This document shows positions 27,045 through 36,282 of a stretch of 64,000 bases of DNA, piece after piece. The notes beneath the pieces are model-generated. The model did no database searches. It saw only the letters and a program-made list of their open reading frames with translations, and was not told the origin of the DNA. Each line of letters begins with the position of its first letter. Positions within the stretch are counted from its first letter, which is position 1. The translations under genes were made by a program, and so were the position numbers. Where the stretch lies: assembly GCA_964291235.2 (NCBI GenBank), contig OZ219815.1, positions 1,024,001 through 1,088,000 on the forward strand, written 5' to 3'. Source of the DNA: Vicinamibacteria bacterium. Its GTDB lineage: Bacteria; Acidobacteriota; Vicinamibacteria; Marinacidobacterales; Marinacidobacteraceae.

Positions 27045-28337
27045 TCAGCGCCAACCCCAGCGCGCCAGGTGGGTCTCGTCCTTGACCAGGAAACCGTCCC
27101 CCAGCGGAACGGGCTGGGCCCATGTCGGGCTGGGCGCCACCTCGTAGCGGCGTAGCGGGTCGAACGTCGAAGCGCCCGGGTCGAGGACGAGGAGTTCGGC
27201 CCGGTCGGTGAGCGCCAGGACGGTGTTCCCGGCCACCAGGAGCGCGGCGTTTTCTCCCGCACGCGGTGGGGATCGCCAGATGTCCGCTCCTGTCCCGGTG
27301 TCCATCGCGACGAACTGTCCACTGTTGCGCTCGGAGAACCCGATCAGACGGTCGCCGGCGAGGACGGGATTGCTCATGTAGAAGGGGCTGTCGGCGGCCT
27401 CCCAGACGGTGTCTCCGGAAAGCGTGCCGTCCGGCGAGCTACGGAAACGGACGGCGAAGGTCGGGTTTCCGAGTCCCGCGAAGATCACGACCTCGGCCCC
27501 CGGTAGAACGACCGGGTTGACGATGTTCTGGTCGTAAGGGGTGGTGAAGGGCATCTCCCAGAGGATTCGGCCGTCTTCGGGGGCGACCAGGAGGATCCGC
27601 TCCTCGGTCATGGTCGGGATCGTCCGCACGCCGGCCACTACCGCCGGCGTCGGTGAGACGTACGCGGGACCGTCGCCGGCGATTTCCCAGACGGTTTCGC
27701 CGGTCGCGGCGTCGAACGCGGCAAGCGTCCCGTCGTTCGGTCCTCCCAGGTGGACGAGGACCCGCTCCCCATCCGCGATCGCACCGGGGGAGCTGCCGGC
27801 GCCGTAGAGCGGAGACTCGTTGCCGGAGAACCGGGGATCCGGAAGGCGGCGCCAGAGCAGCGACCCGTCGGTTGCGTTCCACGCCGACAGGATCCCGGAT
27901 ATCCCAAGCGTGAAGATCCTTCCGGCAGCCACCTCCGGAGTCGACTTCGGCCCCGGCCCGTGCCCCAGCGCGGAGCGGTTCATGGTGTACGGCGCCGGGT
28001 AGGAGGCGCTCCAGACGGCCTCCCCGTCGGTGGGTCGCAGGGCGCGCAGCACTTCCTCCTCACCCTCCCGGACGAAGACGACGACGGTCCCGTCCTGGAC
28101 CACGGGGCTGGCGTGACCGAGCCCGACCGGGATCCGCCAGCGCCGTTCCAGCGATTCCGGCCACTGGTGGGGTTCGTGCATCGCTTCGGGCCATCCGGTG
28201 ACCCGGCCATCCCGGTTCACCCCCCGGAAACCGGGCCACTCTTCCTGCCCGGCGCCCGTCGCGGCCAGCGCCAGCGCGGCGGCGGCGAACCCGAAAACGA
28301 ACTGGCGGCAGCGGCTGGTGGGCGGAGGGCGTGTCAT
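27045..28337 (-). CDS. PQQ-like (BamB-type) beta-propeller protein, secreted
   Basis: EWPGFRGVNRDG, GLGHASPVV, GPGPKSTP, repeated AxDxxTGxxxW blades and PTWAQPV. Confidence 0.85.
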   Translation of the reverse strand: MTRPPPTSRCRQFVFGFAAAALALAATGAGQEEWPGFRGVNRDGRVTGWPEAMHEPHQWPESLERRWRIPVGLGHASPVVQDGTVVVFVREGEEEVLRALRPTDGEAVWSASYPAPYTMNRSALGHGPGPKSTPEVAAGRIFTLGISGILSAWNATDGSLLWRRLPDPRFSGNESPLYGAGSSPGAIADGERVLVHLGGPNDGTLAAFDAATGETVWEIAGDGPAYVSPTPAVVAGVRTIPTMTEERILLVAPEDGRILWEMPFTTPYDQNIVNPVVLPGAEVVIFAGLGNPTFAVRFRSSPDGTLSGDTVWEAADSPFYMSNPVLAGDRLIGFSERNSGQFVAMDTGTGADIWRSPPRAGENAALLVAGNTVLALTDRAELLVLDPGASTFDPLRRYEVAPSPTWAQPVPLGDGFLVKDETHLARWGWR

Positions 28338-28420
28338 GGCGGCAAATCTACGGTGCGTCGGGACGGCGCATACTGTATTTGGCAAACATAGACGGAAGTC
28401 ACCCTTTGGAAACCGGGCCC

Positions 28421-29719
28421 CTACGGAAGGAGCTCCGTACGGTGGACGGCGCCGATCCGGCGCAGCGAATCCTCCGGCACTCCCGCTGCTTCCGCGAACT
28501 CGCGCCAGCCTGACACGGCTTCCTGAACCTCGCGCAGGATCGCGGTGGCGCGGCCGCGCCTCAGGCTGGCGCTCCGGGAGCAGGCCACGAAGTCGTCCAC
28601 CTCGAAACCGTCGCGCTTGCCGTTCAGGGTCATCTGGTGCGCGCCGGTCCAGCCCTCCGGGTTGTAGCTGTAGGTGACGTCGAACGCGGGAGAGAGCCAC
28701 CAGCGGCCCGAGCGATCCATCAGGAAGGCGATGTTCTTGACGTGATCGTCCTGGTTGCGGGCGACGATGTTGAAGGCCATGCGCCGGAACTGCTCTTCCG
28801 CCGCGTCCTTGCCCAGCCCGAGTCGGTCGATGACACGCAGGGCCTGTTCGTAGGAATACGCGCCCGGTTGGTTGAAGTCGTAGTGGGCCAGAGCACCCAA
28901 TGACTGCATGTGGATCTTGCGGCCCGCGTCGGTGCGATCGAAGCGCCTGGTCACGAAGTGGTGCCGGCCGGCCTCATGCAGGATCCGGCATTCGGTCATC
29001 TGGATGCCGGCAGCTCGCGCCATGAGGTGATACGCGTATTCGATCAGCCCGTAACCCTGGGGATCTTCCAACTCCCTGGCGCTGTTGCCGGCCACGCCGT
29101 CGAACTTGAGCAGCCAATGGGCAAAACCGTCGCCGGCCTTGATCTGTCCGGAACGGACCTCCTCGGTCTCGGGATTCCAGGCGATGACCGCCTTCGCCCG
29201 GGCGCCGCCCGCCGAGGTGCCGACGCGCAGGATGTCCTGCATGGCCCGCTCCCGGCCGGCCGGGGCCAGGGAGCCTTCAAGAGCCGTACGCCCGGTGAGG
29301 ATGTCGCTGGCGAGTTCGACGAGCGCGGCGACATCGAGGCGCGCAGACCGGTGCCTCGGACCCGTGGCGGGGAGGAACTCGAGCGCGCCCATGCCGCGCG
29401 ATCCGACGTAGCAGAGGCGTTCGACGGCGTTGAAGTCGCCCGGGTCGCGTCCCTCCCTGGCGAGCCATGCATCGATGAGCGCGTTGCCGAATCGGTCGGG
29501 GAGGGAGTCCGCGAGGAGGCCCGGCAAGCCGTGGAAGGTCTGCCGGGGCAACGCTGGAAACGAGTAGATCTCGCTTGCCAGCGGCATCGTGAGCGGCGCC
29601 ACTTCCCGGCCGCCGTGAACGAAGGCCGGGTCGTACTCGAAGAGGGCTGAGTCGCGGTCGTCGTTCCAGCTTACGGCCCCGATCGTCGTTCCCCATAGCC
29701 GGACGTTCGCTACGGTCAC
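28421..29719 (-). CDS. hipA: HipA-family kinase toxin
   Basis: LPGLLADSLPDRFG, GSRGMGALEF, GTSAGGARAK, WLLKFDG, RRFDR, RNQDDHVKN and LSPAFD motifs. Confidence 0.95.
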   Translation of the reverse strand: MTVANVRLWGTTIGAVSWNDDRDSALFEYDPAFVHGGREVAPLTMPLASEIYSFPALPRQTFHGLPGLLADSLPDRFGNALIDAWLAREGRDPGDFNAVERLCYVGSRGMGALEFLPATGPRHRSARLDVAALVELASDILTGRTALEGSLAPAGRERAMQDILRVGTSAGGARAKAVIAWNPETEEVRSGQIKAGDGFAHWLLKFDGVAGNSARELEDPQGYGLIEYAYHLMARAAGIQMTECRILHEAGRHHFVTRRFDRTDAGRKIHMQSLGALAHYDFNQPGAYSYEQALRVIDRLGLGKDAAEEQFRRMAFNIVARNQDDHVKNIAFLMDRSGRWWLSPAFDVTYSYNPEGWTGAHQMTLNGKRDGFEVDDFVACSRSASLRRGRATAILREVQEAVSGWREFAEAAGVPEDSLRRIGAVHRTELLP

Positions 29720-29760
29720 GGGGCAACAGTCACGGGGCGACGGTCACGGGCTGTCACGGT
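29710..29760 (-). repeat. Four stacked CCGTGAC units at the hipB/hipA junction
   Basis: The minus strand reads ccGTGAcagc ccGTGAccgtcgcc ccGTGActgttgcc ccGTGAccgtagcg, with GTGs at 29757, 29747, 29733 and 29719. Confidence 0.8.
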
Positions 29761-30104
29761 TCGTCGCCCCATGACCAGTCGGTGGGCGGCTCCGGCTTGT
29801 CGGACCGGGAAGAAGCGCGCTGCCGGATCCGGCCTCGCATCCTGGCCTGCTGGATCGGGCTGATGGCCGGCCCGGGAACGAGGGCGTCGAGAGTGTCCAG
29901 CAGCCCCAGGGCTCTCAGGATTCTGATGAGGTTCGTGGCCTGTAACGAATGCCCCTGCTCGATGCGCTGCACGGTCAGCGTGGAGACGCCTGCCTGCGTG
30001 GCCAACGCGGCCTGCGTGAGGTTCCGGTTCAGCCGATGGCGGGCAAGGCGTCGGCCAAGCGCTTGCAAGACTGCGCGATCCGATGTATCGGACGAGATCC
30101 TCAT
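29754..30104 (-). CDS. XRE-family HTH antitoxin (HipB-like)
   Basis: LGRRLARHRLNRNLTQAALATQAGVSTLTVQRIEQG; immediately upstream of hipA. Confidence 0.9.
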   Translation of the reverse strand: MRISSDTSDRAVLQALGRRLARHRLNRNLTQAALATQAGVSTLTVQRIEQGHSLQATNLIRILRALGLLDTLDALVPGPAISPIQQARMRGRIRQRASSRSDKPEPPTDWSWGDEP

Positions 30105-30148
30105 AACATATCGATAGAGAGTTGCTATCGCATCTTCAGGGTCATAAT

Positions 30149-30164
30149 ACATCAAAGATGATGT
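30149..30164. promoter_or_regulatory. Candidate hipBA operator palindrome
   Basis: ACATCA-N4-TGATGT in the AT-rich region upstream of the XRE gene. Confidence 0.45.
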
Positions 30165-30251
30165 AACCAATGCCATTCAAGGGATGCTACGCAGTTGGGA
30201 TCGGCTTGGATTGTCGGTCTCGGAGACCGAACGAACCGGAGAGTTGTCCTG

Positions 30252-30683
30252 CTAATCCCTCGGCAGCGCGAACGCGAGGGTCGCGGACGCCACCGGGTTT
30301 CCCTCGCTGCTCGCCGAGGTCCGCACCTCGGCAAACGGACCCCGGATGCGTCCGACTTCGGCGAAGAGGTCGAGCCGGCGCCCGAAACCCACCGTCCTCT
30401 CCATGGTGAAGTCGGCGACCGAGCGGAAGAGGGCCACCAGGTTCTCGTCGCGTCGCTCGTAGAGCACCGCGATGCCGCCCAGTTGGGCCATGGCCTCGAT
30501 GATGAGTCCCGCCGGGACGTGCGGTTGTCCGAAGGTGTAGGGATGGTCCGCCGGAACGCTGACGAAGCCGCGCGCGCTTTGTCCGGGCACCAGGTCCGTG
30601 ACCCCGTGCACGAACAGAAACGGCTCACGGTGCGGCAGGACCTCGAGGACACCCGCCTGGTCGAGGGTCAGAGGCTCGGACAC
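30252..30683 (-). CDS. FabZ-like 3-hydroxyacyl-ACP dehydratase (hot-dog fold)
   Basis: VLPHREPFLFV and PAGLIIEAMAQLGGI motifs. The canonical GHFP motif is degenerate (YTFGQPH). Confidence 0.75.
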   Translation of the reverse strand: MSEPLTLDQAGVLEVLPHREPFLFVHGVTDLVPGQSARGFVSVPADHPYTFGQPHVPAGLIIEAMAQLGGIAVLYERRDENLVALFRSVADFTMERTVGFGRRLDLFAEVGRIRGPFAEVRTSASSEGNPVASATLAFALPRD

Positions 30684-30706
30684 GGTTCGGGATGATCCGC
30701 CGGGGT

Positions 30707-32503
30707 TCAGCCGGCGGCGAGCACGGCCTCTTCCGCGAACTGCAGCTCGTAGAGCCTCCGGTAGATGCCTCCCTCGGCGAGCAGTTCCTCGTGGGTCCCG
30801 CTCTCGCGGATCGTCCCCCGGTGAAGCACCACGATCCGGTCGGCGCCCCGGACGGTGGAGAGCCGATGGGCGATCACCAGGCTGGTCCGATTCTCCAGCA
30901 CCCGCCCGAGCGCGGTCTGCACGGCGCGCTCGGTCTCGGTGTCCACGCTCGAGGTCGCCTCGTCGAGCACCAGCACGCGCGAGGTGCGGGCCATCGCCCG
31001 GGCGATGCCGACGAGCTGCCGCTGGCCCTGCGACAGGCCGCCGCCGCGTTCGCCGAGCTGGGTGTCGAGTCCGTCCGGCAGATTCCGGGCCCAGGCGGTC
31101 ACCTCGGCCGCCTCCGCGGCCCGCCGGGCATCGTCCTCGGTGATGGATTCGTCTCCCAGCCGGATGTTGTCGAGCACCGTCCCCGAGAAGAGGTGGACGT
31201 CCTGCTGGACCATGGAGAACTGGCGGCGAAGGTCCGGCACCCGCCACTCGCGGACATCCAGGCCGTCCACCACCACCCGGCCGCGCTGCACGTCGTAGAG
31301 CCGCAGCAAGAGCGCGGCGAGGGTCGTCTTGCCCGACCCGGTGTGGCCGACCAGGGCCACCGTTTCACCGGGCGCAATGTGGAAGTCGATGTCCTGAAGC
31401 ACCCATTCGTCTTTGTTGTATGCGAAGGAGACGCCTTCGAGCTGGAGTGCCCCGTGGCGGTGGCCGGGCAGGTGTGCGCCCGGCGCGTTCCCGATGGCGG
31501 GTTTCGTGTCGAGCAGCTCGACGATGCGCTCGGAGGCCGCCAGGGCGCCCTGCAGGATGTTGAACTTCTCCGTCAGGTCGCGGATCGGGCGGAAGAACAT
31601 CTCCGAGTACATGAGGAACGCCACCAGGGCCCCCACGGTGAGCGTTCCCGAGCCGATCCGGGAGCCTCCGTAACCCACGATCAGCGCGACGGTGATGGCG
31701 GTGATCATTTCCACCACCGGGTAGAAGACGGAAAAGCACATCACCGTGTCGAGATGGGCGCCCGTATGTTCCCGGTTCAGCTTCCGGTACTCCCAGGCCC
31801 GCCGCCGTTCCTGCCGGAACAGTTGCAGGACTTCCATTCCGGTCAGCGTCTCCTGGATGAAGGCGTTGACCGACGCGACGGCCGCTCGCACCCGGCGGAA
31901 GGCCGGCCGGATTCTGCGCCGGAAGATCCATCCCGCGATGAAGAGCGCCGGCACCGCGCCGAAGGTCACGAGGGCGAGCCCCGGGTTCATCCAGATGAGG
32001 ACCGCCATGATCCCGACCAGCAGGACCACGTCGGTGATGATCATGACCACCCCGGAACTGAGCAGCTCGTTCAGGGCGTCCACGTCGCTCGTCGCCCGGG
32101 TGACGACCTGTCCGATCGGGTGACGGTCGAACCAGCCGGTGTGGAGTTTCTGGATGTGGTCGAAGACGTCCCGGCGGATGTCCCGCATCACCCGCTGTCC
32201 GAACAGGTTCACTACCCAGGCCTGTCCGTAGGCTCCCGCGAAGCCAACCGCGAGAATGGCCCCGTAGAGACCCAGGATTCCGACGAGCCCCTCCATATCG
32301 CCGGCGGCGATGTAGTCGTCGAGGGCGACCCGGGTCAGATAGGGACCCGCGAGCTGGGCCGTGGTGCCGATCAGGACCAGCAGCACCGCGAGGGTGACGA
32401 ACGGCCAGTAGGGGACCAGGTAGGGCAGCATCCGCCGGAGCAGGCCGCGATTCACCTTCCGGTTGGGATTCGCCTTCCGGTTGGCGGTGCGCGCCTCGCT
32501 CAC
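30707..32503 (-). CDS. ABC exporter, permease plus ATPase (heterodimer subunit, MdlB/YheH-like)
   Basis: Transmembrane domain followed by GHTGSGKT, LSQGQRQ, LDEATS and IAHRLST. Confidence 0.95.
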   Translation of the reverse strand: MSEARTANRKANPNRKVNRGLLRRMLPYLVPYWPFVTLAVLLVLIGTTAQLAGPYLTRVALDDYIAAGDMEGLVGILGLYGAILAVGFAGAYGQAWVVNLFGQRVMRDIRRDVFDHIQKLHTGWFDRHPIGQVVTRATSDVDALNELLSSGVVMIITDVVLLVGIMAVLIWMNPGLALVTFGAVPALFIAGWIFRRRIRPAFRRVRAAVASVNAFIQETLTGMEVLQLFRQERRRAWEYRKLNREHTGAHLDTVMCFSVFYPVVEMITAITVALIVGYGGSRIGSGTLTVGALVAFLMYSEMFFRPIRDLTEKFNILQGALAASERIVELLDTKPAIGNAPGAHLPGHRHGALQLEGVSFAYNKDEWVLQDIDFHIAPGETVALVGHTGSGKTTLAALLLRLYDVQRGRVVVDGLDVREWRVPDLRRQFSMVQQDVHLFSGTVLDNIRLGDESITEDDARRAAEAAEVTAWARNLPDGLDTQLGERGGGLSQGQRQLVGIARAMARTSRVLVLDEATSSVDTETERAVQTALGRVLENRTSLVIAHRLSTVRGADRIVVLHRGTIRESGTHEELLAEGGIYRRLYELQFAEEAVLAAG

Positions 32504-34302
32504 AACCGGGAAAGCTCCTCTTCCAGCATCTGCCGGCGGTACATGCCCGCGTACAGCCCGCCCGCGGCAACCAGGTCGTCATGGCTGCCGCTTTCCACCA
32601 CCTGGGTGGCTCCGGTCTCGTCCGCGTCGAGCAGATAGATCACGTCCGCGTCCTTCACCGTGCTGAGCCGGTGGGCCACGATCACCGTGGTGCGCTCGCG
32701 CGACGCCCTCCGGACCGCCTCGAGGATGCGGGACTCGGTTTCCGAGTCCACCGCGCTCAGGACATCGTCGAACACCAGGATCCGGGTATCGAGGAGCAGC
32801 GCGCGGGCGATGGCGGCGCGCTGGCGCTGCCCGCCGGAAAGCGTGACCCCGCGTTCGCCCACCACGGTGTCGTAGCCCTCGGCGAAGTCCTCGATGTCGC
32901 CCGCGAGTCCGGCTTCCGCCGCGACCCGGCGCACTTCCTCCATCGGGGCCTCGTCGTCGCCGAACGCGAGGTTGTCCCGCAGGGTCATGGAGAACAGGAA
33001 GCTGTCCTGCGGGACGAAACCGATGTCGGTCCGCAGTTCGTGGAGCGGGATCTCGCGGACGTCGCGCCCGTCGATCCGGATCGAGCCCTCCTGAGCGTCG
33101 TAGATCCGGGGGATGAGCCGGGCCACGGTGCTCTTGCCGCTGCCGGTCCTGCCGACGAGCGCCACGGTCTGGCCGGGTTCGATGGCCAGGTTGAAATCGG
33201 CAAGGACCGGCCGGGCCCCCGTTCCGTTTCCGTTGGACAGGGCTCTGCCGCTCGCCGCCGCGGGGTAGGCGAAGCGGACTCCTTGGAATTCGATCGCGGC
33301 CGCCGGCCGCGGCGTTGCGGGCGCCGCGGCCAGGAGCGGCGGAGACGGAAGCGGCTCGGCGTCGAAGATCGCCGCCAGCCGTTTCATGGAGGCGGCGCCT
33401 CGCTGATGGATGTTGACCACCCAGCCGATGGCGATCATCGGCCAGGTCAGGTAGCCGTAGTAGAAGAGGAAGGCGACCAGTTCCCCGAGGGAAATCGCGC
33501 CCCCGATGACCATCCGTCCCCCGAGCACCAGGGACCCGGCGAGGCCCATGCCGATCAGCGCGAGCAGCAACGGGAAGAGCGCCGCGCTCACCGCGACGAG
33601 TTTCATGCTGAGCGCCGCGTAGTCCTCGTTCTCCTTGCCGAAGACCTTGCGCTGCGCGTCCTCCTGCACGAAGGCGCGGACGAGCCGCGACGCTGCCGCG
33701 TTCTCCTGGACCACCGCGGAGATGTCGGCCATCTTCGCCTGCACCGCCTCGGAGCGCCGGAAGATCCGCTCCCCGAGCACCTTCATCAGGATGGAGACGA
33801 CCGGCATCACCGCGAGCGCCACCAGCGTGAGGCGGGGACTGATCGCCAGCATGAACCCGAAACAGCCGACCGTGGTGATGACGGTCTCCACCGGGTACAT
33901 GAGCCCCGGGCCGAGCACCATGCGCACGGCGTTCATGTCCTGCGCGCCGCGGGACAGGATGTCCCCCACCCGGTAGCGCGCGTAGAAGGCCGCCGGCAGC
34001 CGTTGCAGATGGAGATAGAAGGCCCGCCGCATGTCGTACTCGGCGTACCGCGAGACCCCGATCAGGTACCACCGCATGAAGTAGCGGAAGACGGCGGACC
34101 CCGCGGCGGCGGCCACGATGTAGCCGCCATAGGTCCACATCTCGCTGGTCGCCCCGGCTTCGAGCGCGTTGACCGCCCGTTCCAGCACCTGCGGGACGAC
34201 CAGGTAGAACACCCGGCAGAGCACCAGCGCGGTGAACCCGAACGCAAGCCGGCCCTTGTAGGGTCGGAGGTACGGCAGCACCCGCCGCCACATATCCAGC
34301 AT
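32500..34302 (-). CDS. ABC exporter, permease plus ATPase (heterodimer subunit, MdlA/YheI-like)
   Basis: GRTGSGKS, LSGGQRQR and a degenerate Walker B (FDDVLSAVD) typical of heterodimeric exporters. Confidence 0.95.
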   Translation of the reverse strand: MLDMWRRVLPYLRPYKGRLAFGFTALVLCRVFYLVVPQVLERAVNALEAGATSEMWTYGGYIVAAAAGSAVFRYFMRWYLIGVSRYAEYDMRRAFYLHLQRLPAAFYARYRVGDILSRGAQDMNAVRMVLGPGLMYPVETVITTVGCFGFMLAISPRLTLVALAVMPVVSILMKVLGERIFRRSEAVQAKMADISAVVQENAAASRLVRAFVQEDAQRKVFGKENEDYAALSMKLVAVSAALFPLLLALIGMGLAGSLVLGGRMVIGGAISLGELVAFLFYYGYLTWPMIAIGWVVNIHQRGAASMKRLAAIFDAEPLPSPPLLAAAPATPRPAAAIEFQGVRFAYPAAASGRALSNGNGTGARPVLADFNLAIEPGQTVALVGRTGSGKSTVARLIPRIYDAQEGSIRIDGRDVREIPLHELRTDIGFVPQDSFLFSMTLRDNLAFGDDEAPMEEVRRVAAEAGLAGDIEDFAEGYDTVVGERGVTLSGGQRQRAAIARALLLDTRILVFDDVLSAVDSETESRILEAVRRASRERTTVIVAHRLSTVKDADVIYLLDADETGATQVVESGSHDDLVAAGGLYAGMYRRQMLEEELSRL

Positions 34303-34327
34303 CAGGTCGTTACACGGGCACGGAAGA

Positions 34328-34590
34328 GGGAACGCCGGCCTTCACGCCGGCACCGCCGCGCGGAGCGCGGGAAGCGGACAATGCTAATCCGCACGGGCGG
34401 CACACCGGCACGGGAACGCCGGCCTCCAGACCGGCACAGCCCCGCGCAGCGGGGCGGCGGGACGGCCCCCCACGAGCCCAAACAGCGGGCGACCGCCAGG
34501 GAACGCCGATCTCCAGATCGGCACAGCCCCGCGAAGCGGGGCGGCGGGACGGACCCCCCAGCGCCAGAGTGTTTCCCCTCTCGGCGTGGA
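34328..34590 (+). repeat. Composite REP-like cluster (3 units, one degenerate)
   Basis: GGGAACGCCGRYCTCCAGRYCGGCACAGCCCCGC-GNA-GCGGGGCG at 34412 and 34499 (87-bp period), with a partial copy at 34328. Confidence 0.85.
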
Positions 34591-34667
34591 CCACCGGCGG
34601 TTCCGCCCCCGGAATCCTCAACACCCGTGCCATCCCGCCAGTGGCGCGGCGCCGGCAGTGGAGCCGT

Positions 34668-34901
34668 TCAGGTGGTGAGCAGGACGACGAACATCCCGAA
34701 GAGCAAAACGTTCAGCATGGCCAGGGCGCCGAGCATGAAGGCCGTCAGCGCGATCAGCTCGTCCACGCGGGCGATGATGGCGTCCAGCTCGCCGCCTTGC
34801 TTGTCGAATCGTTGGTCAATTCGCCGCTCATGGTCAGCGAACATTTGGCGCACCTCGGCCAGCAGCGGCTGGAGCTTCGGGGTGACGGGTTCCGAAACCA
34901 T
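34668..34901 (-). CDS. Small hypothetical protein, coiled coil plus C-terminal transmembrane helix
   Basis: 77 aa with HERRIDQRFDKQ...IARVDEL followed by a hydrophobic tail; codon pattern looks coding. Confidence 0.6.
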   Translation of the reverse strand: MVSEPVTPKLQPLLAEVRQMFADHERRIDQRFDKQGGELDAIIARVDELIALTAFMLGALAMLNVLLFGMFVVLLTT

Positions 34902-34917
34902 GGTGCGCGTCCGCTGG

Positions 34918-34995
34918 TCAGTCCCCGTGCCGCGCCCGGAGGGGCGGCGCCAGCCGCGCCATCAGGATCATCCGCTCGACCGCATCCGGCCACTC
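34918..34995 (-). repeat. Duplicated 3' end of the thioredoxin-fold gene (copy of 35695-35772)
   Basis: 71/78 nt identical by hand alignment. Encodes EWPDAVERMILMARLAPPLRARHGD* versus EWLDVFERMILMARLAPPLRARHGD*. Confidence 0.92.
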
Positions 34996-35006
34996 GCGGG
35001 GCGTGG

Positions 35007-35411
35007 TCAGGCGCCGGAAGGCAGGCGCTGGATCCCGGGCGCCTCGTCGAAACCGCGATCGAACGACAGGATTCGCGAGATTCCGCACCGATCCATCACC
35101 GCGATGTGCATGGCGTCGCGCGACGAGACCGACGGGACGGAGAACAGCACTTCCCGAGCCCGGAGCGCATCGTCGAGAATGACGGGAAACACCTCGTCCA
35201 CGAGATCGAGCAGAGCCGAAAACGCCGGGTGAATGGCGTCCGGACGGCGGATCGCCGAATAGCGGTGCAGGATCTCCTGAAGCACCTCCACGCTCGTCAC
35301 CAGCCTTTCGCCGGTCAACGCCAGACCCTCCAGCGCTCGCCGCGCCTCGTCCCGGCAGGGATGGGGGCTCCCGATCAGATACATCGGGATGTTGGAGTCC
35401 ACGAATGTCAC
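35007..35411 (-). CDS. vapC: VapC PIN-domain toxin
   Basis: FVDSNIPMY, TSVEVLQEILH, SSRDAMHIA and ILSFDRGFD motifs. Confidence 0.93.
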   Translation of the reverse strand: MTFVDSNIPMYLIGSPHPCRDEARRALEGLALTGERLVTSVEVLQEILHRYSAIRRPDAIHPAFSALLDLVDEVFPVILDDALRAREVLFSVPSVSSRDAMHIAVMDRCGISRILSFDRGFDEAPGIQRLPSGA

Positions 35412-35656
35412 TCGGCGGTGCGCCCCGCTTCGATCTCGGCGAGCATCTGGTCAATGTCCCCGGTGGGGAAGGAATAGGAGGTGGCGATTCGAATCGCGCG
35501 GAGCTTTTGCTCCGCCTTCTTCGCCGGCCCGTCCTGTTTGGCCTCCCGGAGGCGCAGGCGAACCCACTCGGACAGTCGAAGTCCCTCGCGCTGGGCGGCG
35601 TCCCGATACCCCCGCAATTCGTCCGCGTCCATAACGACCTGGAGACGTGTACTCAT
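35408..35656 (-). CDS. VapB-type (RHH-like) antitoxin
   Basis: MSTRLQVVMD...LSEWVR...FPTGDIDQMLAEIE; 4-nt overlap with vapC. Confidence 0.82.
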   Translation of the reverse strand: MSTRLQVVMDADELRGYRDAAQREGLRLSEWVRLRLREAKQDGPAKKAEQKLRAIRIATSYSFPTGDIDQMLAEIEAGRTAE

Positions 35657-35681
35657 ACGATGAGTATATCCGCAGTATACA
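35650..35681 (-). promoter_or_regulatory. Probable leaderless promoter and operator of vapBC
   Basis: TATACT lies 6 nt before the ATG. The palindrome TACTCAT-N3-ATGAGTA (35650-35666) overlaps the start codon. Confidence 0.6.
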
Positions 35682-35694
35682 GGGGTCAGACTCG

Positions 35695-36282
35695 TCAATC
35701 CCCGTGCCGCGCCCGGAGCGGCGGCGCCAGCCGCGCCATCAGGATCATCCGCTCGAACACGTCGAGCCACTCGGCCGTCTCGGCGGCAAGGGCTCCGCCG
35801 TCCGCCGACCCGGGCAGCGGGCACGCGGCGCCGAGTTCCGTCGCAGCTTTCTCGCGGTACACCGCCAGCGGCCGGTCCCCGAACCGGCCGATCTCGTGGA
35901 AGTCCTCCGTCAGGAACACGACCATCGGAACCCGCATGGCGCCCAGTACGCGAAGCTCGTCCCGCAGTTCCGGGATGGCGTCCCGGTCCACGAGGCGCAG
36001 ATCGACGGATGGCCCCGCCGCCTCGGCGAGCCGCGCCACGATCGGGACCGAGCGGACGCAGTCCCCGCACCAGATTCCGCTGAGGCAGAGCACGTTCACG
36101 ATGCGGCCGGCGGCGTCGAGTCGGGTGGTGGCGTCTTCCGGCAGCGCCGGAAGCGCGGCCCCGGCCCGCGTCCAGGCCGCCTGTTCGCGGTCGTTTCCGG
36201 TGGCGACGTAGTCGGAGTACGGCAGGCCCTCCTCGAAGGCGTCGCGGAACAGGTCGGACCGGCGATCAAAGTACGCGCTCAT
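35695..36282 (-). CDS. Thioredoxin-fold protein (Thioredoxin_9-like)
   Basis: LSGIWCGDCVRSVP, RVPMVVFLTEDF and GAAC motifs. Confidence 0.85.
   Translation of the reverse strand: MSAYFDRRSDLFRDAFEEGLPYSDYVATGNDREQAAWTRAGAALPALPEDATTRLDAAGRIVNVLCLSGIWCGDCVRSVPIVARLAEAAGPSVDLRLVDRDAIPELRDELRVLGAMRVPMVVFLTEDFHEIGRFGDRPLAVYREKAATELGAACPLPGSADGGALAAETAEWLDVFERMILMARLAPPLRARHGD

Noticed and set aside
28338-30252. 3'-tail duplication around hipBA (copy of the fabZ-like end)
   Set aside because: No recognisable copy of the fabZ-like tail lies downstream of hipA.
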